From positions 1 through 64,000 of the forward strand of contig RSEE01000108.1 in the NCBI GenBank assembly GCA_003971905.1: a stretch of DNA of 64,000 bases, read 5' to 3'. This DNA comes from Moniliella sp. 'wahieum' (lineage: Eukaryota). Shown here piece by piece: positions 27,885 to 41,094 of this stretch. The position numbers and the translations under genes are program-made. How positions within the stretch are numbered: the stretch's first letter is position 1; each line of letters begins with the position of its first letter. Under the pieces are notes generated by a model. It was not told the DNA's origin. It was given only the letters and a program-made list of their open reading frames with translations, and did no database searches.

Positions 27885-30247
27885 ATGGCCGCCATCGGCA
27901 TCGACATCGGCAACGCCTCCAGCAAGATCGGCGCCGCGCGGTATGTCCCTGCCTCTGCCCTCCCTCCGCCCCAGCCGCGAGCACACCCGCTGACGCGTCC
28001 CGCGCTCCGCCTCTCAGCCGGTCTGGCATTGACATCCTCCTCAACTCGGCTCCAACCGCCAGACGCCGAGCCTGGTCGGCTTTGGCCAGAAGGCTCGCGC
28101 TCTCGGCGAGGCCGCGCGACGCAGCAAACGTCCAACTGGAAGAACACGTCGGCAGTCTCAAGCGTCTCCTTGGCCGTTCGCTGCAAGACGCCGACATCCA
28201 AGAGGTGGAGAAGAACTTTATCAGCAGCGAGCTCGTCGATGTCGGCGGTGAAGTTGGTGTCAAGGTCCGCCTTGCTGGAGAGACGCATGAGTTTAGCGCC
28301 ACGCAGCTCATGGCCATGTACTTGGGCAACTTGCGTGACACGGCGAGCGCCGAGAAACGGTATGGCCGTGTCCGATGTCGTCATCTCCACTCCCCTGGTT
28401 CACCGACGTGCAGCGCCGTGCGATGCTGGATGCGGCCGACATTGCTGGTCTCAACACGCCCGCCTCATCAACGACACGACCGCCACAGCCCTGGGCTATG
28501 GGATCACCAAGACGGACCTCCCTGACGCCGAAGATCCTCGCCACGTTGTCTTTTGCGACATTGGTCACTCGTCGTACCAGGTTGCCGTGGTTTCATTTGT
28601 CAAGGGCGAGCTCACCATTCTTGGTACCGCGCAGGACCGTCACTTTGGTGGCCGCGACTTTGACCGCGCTCTGGTCAACCACTTTGCCAACGTTTGCTGA
28701 CAAGTACAAGATTGATGTGTTAGCAACCGCAAGGCTGTCTTCCGTCTCTCGCAAGCTGCCGAGCGGGTTGAAGAAGGTGCTCTCGGCCAACTCGTTCGCC
28801 CCGATCAACGTCGAGTCTTTGATGAACGACATTGATGCTTCCTCGGACCTGAAGCGTGAGGACTTTGAGGTGCTGATTGCCCCCTGGCTGCAACGTGTGC
28901 ACGTGCCCCTCGAGGCGGCTCTAGCTCAATCGGGCCTGACCAAGGACGAGATCTACTCCATTGAGCTGGTGGGGGGATCGTCGCATGTGCCTGCGATCAA
29001 GGAGCGTATTTCCGCCTTCTTTGGCAAACCTCTCTCCTTCACGTCGAACCAGGACGAAGCCGTGTGCCGGGGTGCGACACTAGCTTGCGCCATTCTCTCC
29101 CCCGTCTTCCGTGTTCGTGAATTCTCCGTCCACGACACGACGCCTTACCCCATCAAGGTCACGTGGGATGCTGTCCTCGATGTGCCGGATGAGGAGACAG
29201 AGTTGGTCGTGTTCAAGCCCAACAACCCCATTCCTTCGACCAAGATCCTTACTTTTTACCGTAAGGAGAACTTTGGCCTGGAGGCGATTTATGCTCAACC
29301 CGAGCTGTCGCCCAAGGGCATCAATCCCTGGCTTAGCTCGGTCTCCATCAAGGGCGTCACGCCCGACGCGAAGGGGGACCACTCGATTGTCAAAGTGAAG
29401 GGCGTCTGAATCTGCACGGTGTGTTGAACTTTGACTCTGCCTACGTTGTGGAGGAGGTGGAGAAGGAAGTGCCGATTGCCGGTGCTGCCGAGGGTGAACC
29501 TCAGACGGAGAAGAAGAAGGTACTGGAGCGCAAGCACGACCTTACCGTCGTTTCGGGTTTGAACCGACGGGATGAGACGATTTTGCGCGGGATGAAGGAA
29601 AAGGAAGGCGAACTGTACGCGGCGGACAAGCTTATGCTCGACACGGAGGACCGTAAAAACGCGCTGGAAGAGTACATTTATGACCAGCGTGGCAAGCTCG
29701 ATGACCGTCACAAGGCCTTTGTCCAGCCGGAGGAGAAGAGCAAGTTCCTCGACCTGTTGGGCAAGGCGGAGGACTGGTGTGTACTCGGAAGAAGGGGAGG
29801 ATGCAAGTCAGCGTATGTGAGCAAACTTGAGGAGCTGCAAAAAGTGGGGACCCAATCGTGTACCGATACAGCGAGCACGAAGGTCGGCCCAAGGCGGCCT
29901 CGGCGCTACGCGAGTCGCTCAGTTTCTACGAGCAAGCCGTCACGGGTGGCGATGAGAAGTACGCCCACTTGACGGACGAGGACAAGACCAAGGTGATTGA
30001 GAAGGTGGCCAAGACGCAGAAGTAGCTGGACGATGGGCTGTACAAGCAATCGGAGCAGCCCAAGAACTCGGACCCTAAAATCCACACGGCCGACATACTC
30101 AAGGCCAAAGAGGACGTGCAGTACGTGTGCGGGCCAATCATCAACAAGCCCAAGCCGCGCGCGCCTGTTCCACCGCAGGCACCGAAGGAGGAAGCGCCCA
30201 AGGAGGACTCCCAAGGAGGAGAAGGCCGACACATGGACGTCGACTAG
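27885..30247 (+). CDS. SSE1: Hsp110/Sse1-type Hsp70-family chaperone (nucleotide exchange factor)
   Basis: IGIDIGN, YGITKTDLP, FCDIGHSS, GGRDFD, ELVGGSS, NQDEAVCRGA, ACAILSPVFRVREFSVHD, DTEDRKNALEEYIY, C-terminal MDVD*. Intron ~27941-28017. Confidence 0.95.
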
Positions 30248-30874
30248 ACGGCGTCTTGAGGAGTTCCATCTGCCTGTCTGTCTGGGTGCGCCTTCTCTGC
30301 TTGAGGCGCTATTACCCGCTTGATGACTCCCTCCGGCAGCAGAACGTACTGCCGACCGATCTTATTTCATGTGCCACATACCGGTAACTGCATCGTCCTG
30401 CCGATGCGTCGGATGTGCCCTCTCGTTCTGTCCCCTATAAATGAGCAGATTGTTGCAGCCACGGTTCTGAGGTACGGTGGCGTGGTGAGGATAACGCTGA
30501 TGAGGCGCAGCCAACCTTGATTTTGCGGGGCTACTAAACGATGGGGGGAGATGTGAGACGACACAGCGAGCAGAGCAGACAAAGGCAGCGACATTGTCTT
30601 CGTCCTTTTCAACTTGCCGCCATCCCATGCAACCCAACAGCTTGGCTTCAACCTTCAACGTTAAACGTTAACCTCAAAACGTATCCAGACCAGGGGCCAC
30701 CGCACACAGGGAGGGGCTAGCGAGGAGGGCGACACCCCCCTGGCAGCACACATGCAGTGTCCTCCGACTTTACGCAGCCGCGGAAACTGCGAGTTAATAT
30801 ACTTGGTGTGGCAGATTAAAACCCACCAAAGAACCCCTTCTCCATCTCCATCTCCTTTCCTGTCCTCCACACCC

Positions 30875-33497
30875 ATGTCGCCCCTAGCTGGCGGCATCCG
30901 CCGTGTGCCGAGCGTGGCCGTCGCGAAATGCTCACAACGCCATCACGCCCGCCTTGATTGGCAGTGCGACGCAGCGCAGTCTGCAGAACGTCATCACGGG
31001 GGAAAAGGACGTGATCAAGCGCTGCGCTGTGTTTGCCTCTGAGTTGGACAAGAGCAGTGATGCGCTCACACTGTGGGCTGCCGAGCAGGAACCTGATCTG
31101 AGGGATGTGTTGTGCAGGTGCGCAGAGCTTACAAGAGGTACCTGTTGCGCTCGAGACGTTCAACCAGCACCTGCGCCTGGACGTCCGGCCGAAGTACAAG
31201 CGCATCCGCAGTATGGAGGAAGACCTTATCGTTTTCAAGGCCAAGTTGCGCACGTTGACCTCTCGCACTGATTCAGTGGAGAAGAAGGTGTCCAAAATGA
31301 GTGCGGAGAACAAAGACTTGCGCAAGACCACTTCGCTCCTGTACCAGCTCCGATCCGAGTCCGCCTCGACGCAAGTCCAATTGTCCGACCAGAGAGCGAA
31401 GCTGGAGAACTGTAAGCGAACGGCCATGCATGCTCTGGGCAACAAGATAACTGCGCTCACTCAGTTAGCAGACCAGGTGACGATTATTGCCCAGTTCGTC
31501 AGTGGCATGTTGTCTGAGCTGCAGACTGATCCTTACCTGCTGAAAGCGCCCGGCCTGACTATACGGGTTCATCGGACCGAGGACCTTCTGAAGACCGCAC
31601 GGGTAGAGATCCAAAGGGTACGGTTTCAAGTACCGCCCCGTCCGGAGGGAAACAGCCCGCCGCTTCAGGCCGGTGTGCACCGTGGCCCACCCTCCGTCCA
31701 ACACGAAAACGCTTCGAGACCCTCGGCGCCATCAACAGTCGAGCTCGTGCCGATCGGCGCAGGGCTGGAGGAACTGTCTAGCGTTCAGTCCCCTCGTTCA
31801 TGTCTCCCGGGCAAACCAGCGTGGCGGATGAGGGTCGGACGGTCTCTTTGTCAGATTCAACGCTCTCGCATTCACGCAACTACGATATGGCTCCACCTGT
31901 TGTGGAGGAGATGTCCACGCCAGACATGCAGGATGCCCACCGTGCGAGCCAAGCCTCGGATCCGGGCTCGCAATCCTTCTCGGCGCTCTCGCCGCACCTA
32001 TTAGTTGCTTTTCAGGGGGCCCAGACGGGGGACAGTACAGCCGAACCGGGCTGGGGACAAGATACGTTGTCGGGCACTGGCCACAGCCATAGCAGCCCCT
32101 CGCACTCAACCGAACCTTCGATTACCTCCCCTCTTGCCCAGATTACGGATGAATACCTACACCATGCCACTTTCTCAGAACCTTTGATGCCCCCTTCTGT
32201 TATGCCTGGACAGAACGGATTGGGCGGAGGATATGATGCGCATAACGAAGAAGACGAAGATACGTATAATGCCATGAACCACTTTACTTCTCTTCCCCTC
32301 CATCCACGAATGAGGCTGGGTCGCAATCCCAAGCTGATCCGCCCCTGGCTCAAGATCTGCGTCTGCGTCCCCCCTCTCCATGTACCTCGTCCGACCGGTC
32401 ATGCCTAATGCTGAGGAGTGGGGACGCGGCGCAGCGCACAAGACGAGCAGGGGGTTCAGCCGAGGTGCCCGAGTTGGGCTTCAGTGGTCCTCAGGGGGTG
32501 GTCAACACGCCAAACGAAGATACCCCTGAACAGCACGACAATGATGACGATGCCCGAAGGCAGGGCGAACTACAGCAGACTTACACTTCCCCCCCGAACC
32601 CGATGCGGTGCCTGTCGTGCCCAGCGCCACACCGCCTGTCCAACCCGAATTGGCCATGGGCACTGGACCGCCCACTGCTATACCCCGTCTGACGTTGTTG
32701 TTACGACGACGAGCGTGGATGTGGGAGGGGAGCCAGTGCCCGTGTCTTCTTTTGGACCACCTGTTGTGGGAGGAGACGAGTTCATCGGGTCCACCCGGGT
32801 GGCCCACGCTGCGTTCCGACAATCTCGAGGACCGTACGTTGCGAATCAAGAGTCTACCCTTCGGGGTGTCTATAGCACCGAGGGCGATCCGTCGAGTCCG
32901 GTGGCCCGGTCCAGGCAACGTAACAAGATTAGCGCGCGTGCGTTTCGGCGAAACATTTTCCGCAAGGCCAACAAGGCTGAGCCTGGACCGGGACCGGGAC
33001 CGGGACGGTCGGTCCTCCCTCCCTATGTTGTGCACATTGTGAGCCAAGGGGACGGAGCAGACGCCTCTGATGCTTCGGCCTCACGGCCGAGAAGTTTGTC
33101 TGCCTCGGTGTTTACCTCTGGACCAAAGCAACTGAACAAAGCCATTGTGTACTTTTCGCATTCTTCGCGCTCTGCTCGCCCTTGGCAGCACCTCACCCTC
33201 ACCCTCCACCCTCGTCCCTCCGTTCCTACCCCCCCTACCCTACGACCAGGCTTCCATGGGACCTACCTCACCTCCCTTTCGCGCCTCGCTACCTGTGCCT
33301 CAACCTGCGCCCCCGTCGAACCTCCCGTCTCGGACCGTACTGATCGTCCGGTCTCGTGTGTGCCGCTCCCGGATGCAAGTTCATCCGCTCCCCCCACCAA
33401 GCGCCTTCAACGGCCATGGGCAGCCCGAGGTCTCCTCGGTCCCGCCCGCCTACAGTCGGTGCAGCCAAAGTCAGAACCAACCGTATGGGACGTATAA
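30875..33497 (+). CDS. Pil1/Lsp1-like eisosome BAR-domain protein with a long disordered tail
   Basis: LQNVITGEKDV...SDALTLWAAEQEPDLRDVL, KRIRSMEEDL, EKKVSKMSAENKDL coiled coil; tail contains KISARAFRR. Confidence 0.72.
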
Positions 33498-34066
33498 GGA
33501 ATGCGTAGTTGTAGTGTAGCGGTGTTATGGATCGCTCTTTCTCTTTCTCTTCCTCCTCCTCCCCCCCCCCCCCCCTTTCCTATCTTCCATTGTCACATTC
33601 GTTGGTTTGTTTTTTCTTCCCGCTCCTGTTGCTTCTGTGAAAATACCCGTACCCGGCTCTGTGATGGTCTTACTTTGTTCGCTTGCTGTTGATGACTTGG
33701 ATGGCAATGACATTCTCCATCTCATTGTTCCCACCGTGTTGTGGTAAACCATTTGACCGTTGAGCGTTGACGATCAACTTCACCGTCTGTCCTTCCCTTG
33801 ACGCCGTCCCTTCCACAATAGAAATCCACCAGCTCGATCAGCAGGTTGAACGTTAAACTCAACGTTGAACGTTAATGACCTTAATCCGTCCTCCTATACA
33901 TAGTGCCATCGTGACTAGTGACTGACGCTGGGCTACGTATCGGTAGGTGTACGTTGGGAGCCTAAGGGGGGACGCATCCGCGACCCAGCCAATCAGGCTT
34001 CTAAGGTGGGGTGTCTGGGGCGTGGGTATCCTGCATCATGACATTCGTACTACATTCTTACACGCC

Positions 34067-34080
34067 TTAGTCTTCCGCCT

Positions 34081-34126
<46 letters not shown>

Positions 34127-35481
34127 GGTAGCGGGAGCCGGAGCGGTTGCGGGAGTAGGAGCGGAAGCAAGGGCGGGAGCGGTCCAAGGTCGACGGTGAG
34201 ACCAAGCGACGTTAGAGGGATCGAATACCTCGATAAACTCAAAGTCGGCATAGCGATCACCGGCCACCGAGCAAACTCATCAAAGATACTAGCATGAAGC
34301 CAACCCTGTAACTTGCGGAGGCAACCGACGACGCACCCGACGCGGTACTTGCCCTTATTGCAGTGGACCAAGATAGGAGCATGTGCTGGGTCCAAGATAA
34401 TTCCAAGCATCGCACTACGGCTGCCTGGTCCATTTCGTCAAACGGTTCCTTGTTCACTTCGAGACCCACTTGGAACACTTCGATGCCCTGGTCTGGGCAA
34501 AACGTACGCATGTTGCTCCGGTACTCCTCTGTGCCCAAGTAGAGTATGCTCTTGAGGCCCAAGGTGCGGAGGAAGCTAAAGTTGCGCTCGTTCGGGTGAC
34601 CACTCCGGTACAGCCCGCCCAACGCGACCAGTTCAAAGTTGAGCGGGGGCACGAGCGGTGGCCATCCCGCCGCTGCATCCGGATCGACCGGGGTAGGGAA
34701 AAGTGGCAGACAGTCCTCGGCCTGGTCTTGGACTCGGTCTTGGGTTTGGTCTTGGCTGGTATTGATCTGGTCTTGCCCAGGGCTACTTCGTCCAACGGTC
34801 CTGGTGCTGAACTGGACAGGACATGACCTCCTGATAAGGTTGATGCCGATCCACACTCGGCGCGATCCGCGTCCGCTTCGTCCTGATCACCCGTTTCCCC
34901 ACGTTCGCCCCGTCGGTCCAATGGGTGTTGGTGGGGCAAAGCAGCCTTCCCCCGCGCTGGTCCTGGTCCTGGTCGGGTCGGGTCTTTGCGCGCCAAGTGT
35001 TCCGTTCTGCGCCACATGTCCATCATAGACTGCTGCATGCCGCCGCGGCCTGGCGACGGCGAGGCGCGTCGAGTCTGGCGGCGAGACGGGGACCTTGGCG
35101 ATCCACGATGCGCCTGCTTGGGGAGGGGCGAGCGGGAAGAGGGGTGGGGGTGTGGTGTGGCGAGGAGGGGATGGCGGCGGGGCAGAGGGGCGGTGCGGTG
35201 TGTGCGTGTGCGTGTGCGTGTGCATGTGCATGTGCGTGTGCGTGTGTGTGCCCGTAGCATGGACCGCGATGCAGAGGGGATGGGGATGCAGATGCAGAGG
35301 GCGATGGAGAAGGGTCTGATGGAGAGCGAGACGGAGACGAGGGAGAGGGGGAGGGCGATGGGGATGGGGGTGGGGGTGGGGATGCAGATGCAGATGGGAA
35401 TGGGGATGAGGATGCAGAGGGGAATGGGGACGGCGGTCGAGGTGGGCGCAAGGCACCAGGGGCGGGAGGAGTGCTGGTCAT
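34067..35481 (-). CDS. Siw14/Oca-type (PFA-DSP, Y_phosphatase2) phosphatase
   Basis: VPPLNFELV..LYRSGHPNERNFSFL, catalytic HCNKGKYRVG (CX5R), LRKLQGW..SIFDEF; low-complexity N-terminus. Start approximate. Confidence 0.88.
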
Positions 35482-36160
35482 GGGGGAAGAAGAGGGGCGT
35501 GGGATGGAATGGAATGGGGAGGTGGGGAGGTGGGTAGCAGTTGGTTGGTACTCACTCAACCGATTCAGCCGGTTCAACCTCAAATCAACTCATCCATCAA
35601 TACTTTCTTTCAAAAATGGCCAACGGAGAGCTCCACGTCAAACTTGCACCTGCAACCGCTGCCACGACTATCAGAATCAAAAGTCCATCGAGCAGATCCC
35701 TAACCCGTCAACGACCATCAGTACTCAGTATGATCCATCCCAGGCCGAGCATGAGCTTGATCCCTCACCGCCATCCATCCAAGCGATGCAGCGAGAGGGT
35801 ACGCGCCTTGCACCAAGACTTGAATGGCGACCCAGCGCCTGCCAGGGATGCACATGCCCGTACAAGTATCTACCCTATACACTGTATAAAAACGCCAGCT
35901 CAGCAACGGTGTCGAGGGTGGCCTGGGTGGCTTGCGAGTGGCGAGGAGCGACCAGCTGCTGGCACGCCCCGTTGAACGTTTCATGTACCACTCGAGTCCC
36001 GTTGAAGCTTGAAGGGCGCCGGCACAACCTGCTGGTGGCACCGCATTAATTGCGGCCAACCCTAGTCCTCACCAATCCTCGGCAGCCCACCGCCTCAGTT
36101 TCGCCCCCACACCCTGCCTCGTCTGTCTTCCCCACCCACGCGTTCGCCCCGGACTTCAAG

Positions 36161-36516
36161 GTGCGTCGCCACACTCCTGTCCCCTTCCGACAGCACCAGC
36201 ACCAGCACCACCGGCAAGGCGTGGACGAGTACAAAGAAGGTGAGGGGAAGGTTGCAGGATGCAGGATGCACATTGCTTGATGGAAGTTGCCCCCGCTTTG
36301 GTTGTGCAAAACACAGTGGGACCTGAGGCCTCTTGCTCTTGCTCATGCTCATGCTCATGCTCTGCTTGTGAAGTGGCTTTGGATAGCAGGCCTAGCACCT
36401 TTTTTGTTCTGCTCCCCACCCTTCTGTTCCTGCCTGGTGCTGGACCAGCTGCATATACCATTTGCATTTGCTGCTGGGACGATCAATGAAGACTAACCTT
36501 GTCTGTGTGGGTGCAG
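36161..36516 (+). other. 5'-UTR intron of RPS14
   Basis: AAG|GTGCGT donor at 36161, ACTAAC branch point at ~36492, CAG acceptor directly before the ATG at 36517. Confidence 0.75.
36267..36470 (+). ncRNA. Candidate intronic structured RNA (H/ACA snoRNA-like, or a regulatory stem-loop)
   Basis: Hairpin 1 closed by TGCACA/TGTGCA, then AAAACA (H-box pattern ANANNA), then hairpin 2 (AAGTGG..GCAG..CTAGCACC / GGTGCTGG..CTGC..CCATTT). Confidence 0.4.
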
Positions 36517-36957
36517 ATGCCTCCTAAAACACGTACGGCTGCTCCGGCTGTGTCGCTAGGTCCGCAAGTGGGCGATGGTGAGCTGGTATTTGGCACGGCG
36601 CACATTTTTGCGTCGTACAATGACTCGTTTATCCACGTAACGGATCTATCTGGGAAGGAGACAGGAGTCGCGTGACGGGCGGGATGAAGGTCAAGGCAGA
36701 CGGGACGAGTCGTCACCGTATGCAGCGATGTTGGCTGCGCAGGATGTAGCGGCACGGTGCAAGGAAGTGGGCATTACGCGCTGCACATCAAGTTGCGCCG
36801 ACGGGGGGGACGGGGACCAAGTCCCTGGACCTGGGGCGCAGTCGGCACTGCGTGCGCTAGCTCGCTCGGGCATGCGTATTGGTCGCATTGAAGATGTGAC
36901 GCCTGTCCGACCGACTCGACCCGCAGGAAGGGCGGTCGCCGTGGTCGTCGTCTGTGA
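36517..36957 (+). CDS. RPS14: 40S ribosomal protein S14 (uS11)
   Basis: [75 protein letters not shown]. Confidence 0.97.
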
Positions 36958-37583
36958 GAAGAGTTGGGTCTGGCGGAAGAGGCTTGTGACTTGGAACTAC
37001 GAAGGACCAAAAAAGAATGGGTGGGGTACACGTCCTACTCCATTCCTACTGCACTGCCCATCATGCGCATGCGCATGCGCCTCCTTGGGCTAGGCATATC
37101 ACCGAGGATGACGGGCATATCGTTTCCCCGTCCTCTCCACCTCTCATGCAGTGGCTATCCCATCAACTGTCTGCTTGAAGCGGGAGGAGTAATGGGTTAT
37201 GGCTGCTTGCAAAATGCATCGACTCTGGTCCTGATCCAACACATTGTTTGTACTACCATCCATGAAACCGGACAACCGGACGACAACGTTCCAAAGCCAG
37301 GGGGCCATAATCTATTGAGGCTGAAAAGCCTAACAGAGAGCGAGTAGGCTTTCTGACAACTGGACCAAGGTTGCGGTAGAGGACCCATCCCGAGGCCGCA
37401 GGTGGACGGAGGGTACCCCGAAGCGAAAGCTGCGCTCATCGGACTGCCCATCACGAGTCACTTGGACAGCGCCCAAGTGGATGGGAACCAGCAGAGAAGG
37501 ATACGTTGAGAGGAATGGATAGAGGTCGTCTCAAGCTCAGGCGTGAGCCGTGAGCCTCATTCAGGACCGGTCACTGCCACGTC

Positions 37584-38356
<773 letters not shown>

Positions 38357-39128
38357 GGTGGGATGCGAGTGGTGGTTGGCGGCGGCGGTGGGACGCGGCG
38401 GGAGAGGCGCTCGCCACTCGGCGCTCGCTGCTGCACTGCCCCCCCGGAGCCAGGAGGGGGGCTTAGGTAATAGGTGCGGTGAGGCTGTCTGGGTCTGTCT
38501 GGGGTAAGAGCAGATCGGGGGGGACGGGAACCAACACCACTCCATCCTCCGTACGCCGCCCCGGAGCGTCTGGCCCAGGGCGCTGCTCGGAGCCACACGC
38601 GCACCTTAACCCCCACCAGGTGCACCGGGCGATCGCATCGCATCACACACCCCGCATCGCCCGCCATGCGCACGGCAGAGGAGCTGCTACATGGGCATCG
38701 TACAAACACACAGCAGCACGACCGCAGAGGCACTACCGCCGTCACATGTCACATCAGCCGGTCACGCTGGGCGCGACCGTGCCGTCCTGACTGGGTGCGG
38801 CCGTCGCTGCGCCCCGGACCAATTGGCGGTGGGGGTGGGCAGCCGGATGCAGGCGAGTGGGGGCAAGTCCCCAGGAACCATAGCCTAGTCCCACACGTGC
38901 ACGGGCCACCCCCGGCTAATACGTCTGTGCGGGGGGCGGGAGCCTGTGCACAGGGCACATGTCACATGACACAGCCCAGCACGCTGCAAAGCAGAAGTAG
39001 ACCAACCCACCTCCTACGCCCTTCGGCCCTAGGCCTTATACCCGCCCCCACCGCTGGGTCTGGGTCTGCGCCTCATCAATCATCCCCCTCCATTCGTCCT
39101 GCTGCCTGCTCCTCCTCTCGCTCCTGCC

Positions 39129-40562
39129 ATGGCCAAAACCAACTGCCTCGCTCGCCTGCATGGCGCACTCGACCTGCGCGTCGTACGTCTCTCCTCCCTC
39201 ATCCCACCACAGCGGTCCCCCGAGTTGCTGCTTCAAGCGGAACGGATCACTGACCATATCGCTGGACCGGCACGTGGGAGCAGGAAACAGCGCCGCTCGC
39301 CCCGCCCGGCGCGGGGGAAGCGACGGTCGCCGTGGCTGCTACGGGACTGTGGGGTCAGACGCGCACTACTATGTGCACGGGGCGAATGGAGCGTTCAAGC
39401 TACAGCATCCGATGTGTCTTGGCCACGAGAGTGCCGGGATCGTTGTGGCTGTGGGAGCTGGAGTGACCGAGTACAGCGTAGGTTCTCGTGTTGCGATTGA
39501 GCCTGGCGTTCCATGTGAGTCCAACCCCGCCAAGTCGGTGGACGGAGACCGGTGCGAGTACTGTGACGCAGGACAGTACAATTTGTGTCCATCGATGCGG
39601 TTTGCTAGTAGTGCCAAGACGGTGCCGCACCTCGACGGCACGTTGCAGCGGTACATCAACTGGCCTGTTAGGTACCTACATTCCATTCCTGGCAACGTGA
39701 GTCTTGTGGCGGGCGCGTTGGTGGAACCGCTAAGTGTGGTGTTGGAGGCGTTTGCCAAAGCTCGTATTGATGGGCCGATTACATCGACGGACAAGTTTAG
39801 TGTGCTTGTGCTGGGTGCGGGCGCGGTGGGCCAACTGGCTTGTGCGACCGCAAGAGCGTTCAATGCCCACTGGGTAGCCGTAGCCGATATCGATCCGAGT
39901 CGGTTACAGTTTGCTATGGAGCGCTGGGCGAATGCTTCGTACACGATCCACTTGCTTCTCCTCTGCCGCGGCGGGGAGGAGGAGGAGAAACTGACTGCGT
40001 CTGAGTGGGCTGCCAAGCGAGCGGAGCAGGATGCGCATCTAGTTGCCGAAGCGGCGACCACGGCTAGCGAGCTGTTGGAGTCGATGCAGGCCCAAGGTGC
40101 GCCGGCCCGGACCAAGGCTGGATTTGACCTTGTGCTGGAGTGTACGGGGGTGCCAAGCAGTGTGCGGACGGGGATCCAGGCTGCGCGAGCGGGGGGGTCA
40201 GTGGTGCTGGTCGGCATGGGGCATCCGATTCAGGTGTTGCCGATTGGGAATGCGTCTTTGCGCGAGGTGGCCTGCTGGGCGTGTTCCGGTACGCTAATAC
40301 TTACCCGCCAGCTTTGGGGCTATCTGTCCAGTGGCCTGATCCCCAATGGGTTCAATGGAACGAATGGTGGACCAGGCAAAGGGATGAAGAGCTCGTGTCG
40401 CATGAGTATCCTTTGGAGCAGGCCGACCTGGCGTTCCAGACGATGCGCCGCGGTCGCTCCGAAGACGGCAAAAGTGTGGTCAAGGTGTTTGTGGTGGACG
40501 AAGAGCTGTTGCAGTCGTACCCGCCCGTACAACAGGACTCGGCCACCCCTTCTCACATGTAA
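39129..40562 (+). CDS. Zn-dependent polyol dehydrogenase (sorbitol/xylitol/L-arabinitol dehydrogenase, MDR family)
   Basis: GSDAHYY, CLGHESAG, structural-Zn cysteines C..CEYC..YNLC, RFASSAKTVPHLDGTLQ, LVEPLSV, GAGAVG, ECTG, GVFRYANTYP. Confidence 0.92.
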
Positions 40563-40872
40563 GCAATTAACGTTTAACTCGTCCGCCGCACCAAACCGCG
40601 CCGGCCGGTCGTGCGACAGGGAACGAATGGTCGACGAGTACCCTCTATTGATCTATAGCATCCATTAACCATTGCTATCCACGTAAGGTTCGCACATCTC
40701 GGCCGTTACGCGTTACGCGTTATGTTATACTCAGCGCACTGATCCATATCGCATTGCAAAATAGAAAGTCAGATGATCGATGATATATGGGACCAGAGAA
40801 GAGGGCGCCTGCAACGCAAGACGACGCAGCAGAAAAAAAAGCTGATGTGGGCCATGCAATACAGGGCTGGAC

Positions 40873-41053
40873 TGTCATAGTTTGGCTGATCTCGCTCCCA
40901 TTTCCAATTTCTTCGTCTCGAGCGTCTCGCTCCTTCCCTGTTCCTTCCACTTCGCACCATGTCCTCTGTTCTTGCTTCTTCCCCACGAACGATTGCTACA
41001 CACCCCTTGGCCTAGTCCGATCCTGGTCTCCCGCCTTAGCCCCGACTGTGACA
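40873..41053 (+). repeat. 5' LTR of the Gypsy element
   Basis: TGTCATAG...CTGTGACA; matches the 3' LTR except for two 2-bp indels. Confidence 0.97.
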
Positions 41054-41094
41054 TTATCGTTCGTCTAACCGTCAACAGGCGAGCCCGACCAGAG

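Noticed and set aside
39369..40217. Long antisense ORFs (here and throughout, e.g. 49076-50062, 50735-51814)
   Set aside because: Shadow ORFs of GC-rich coding strands with no independent protein features.
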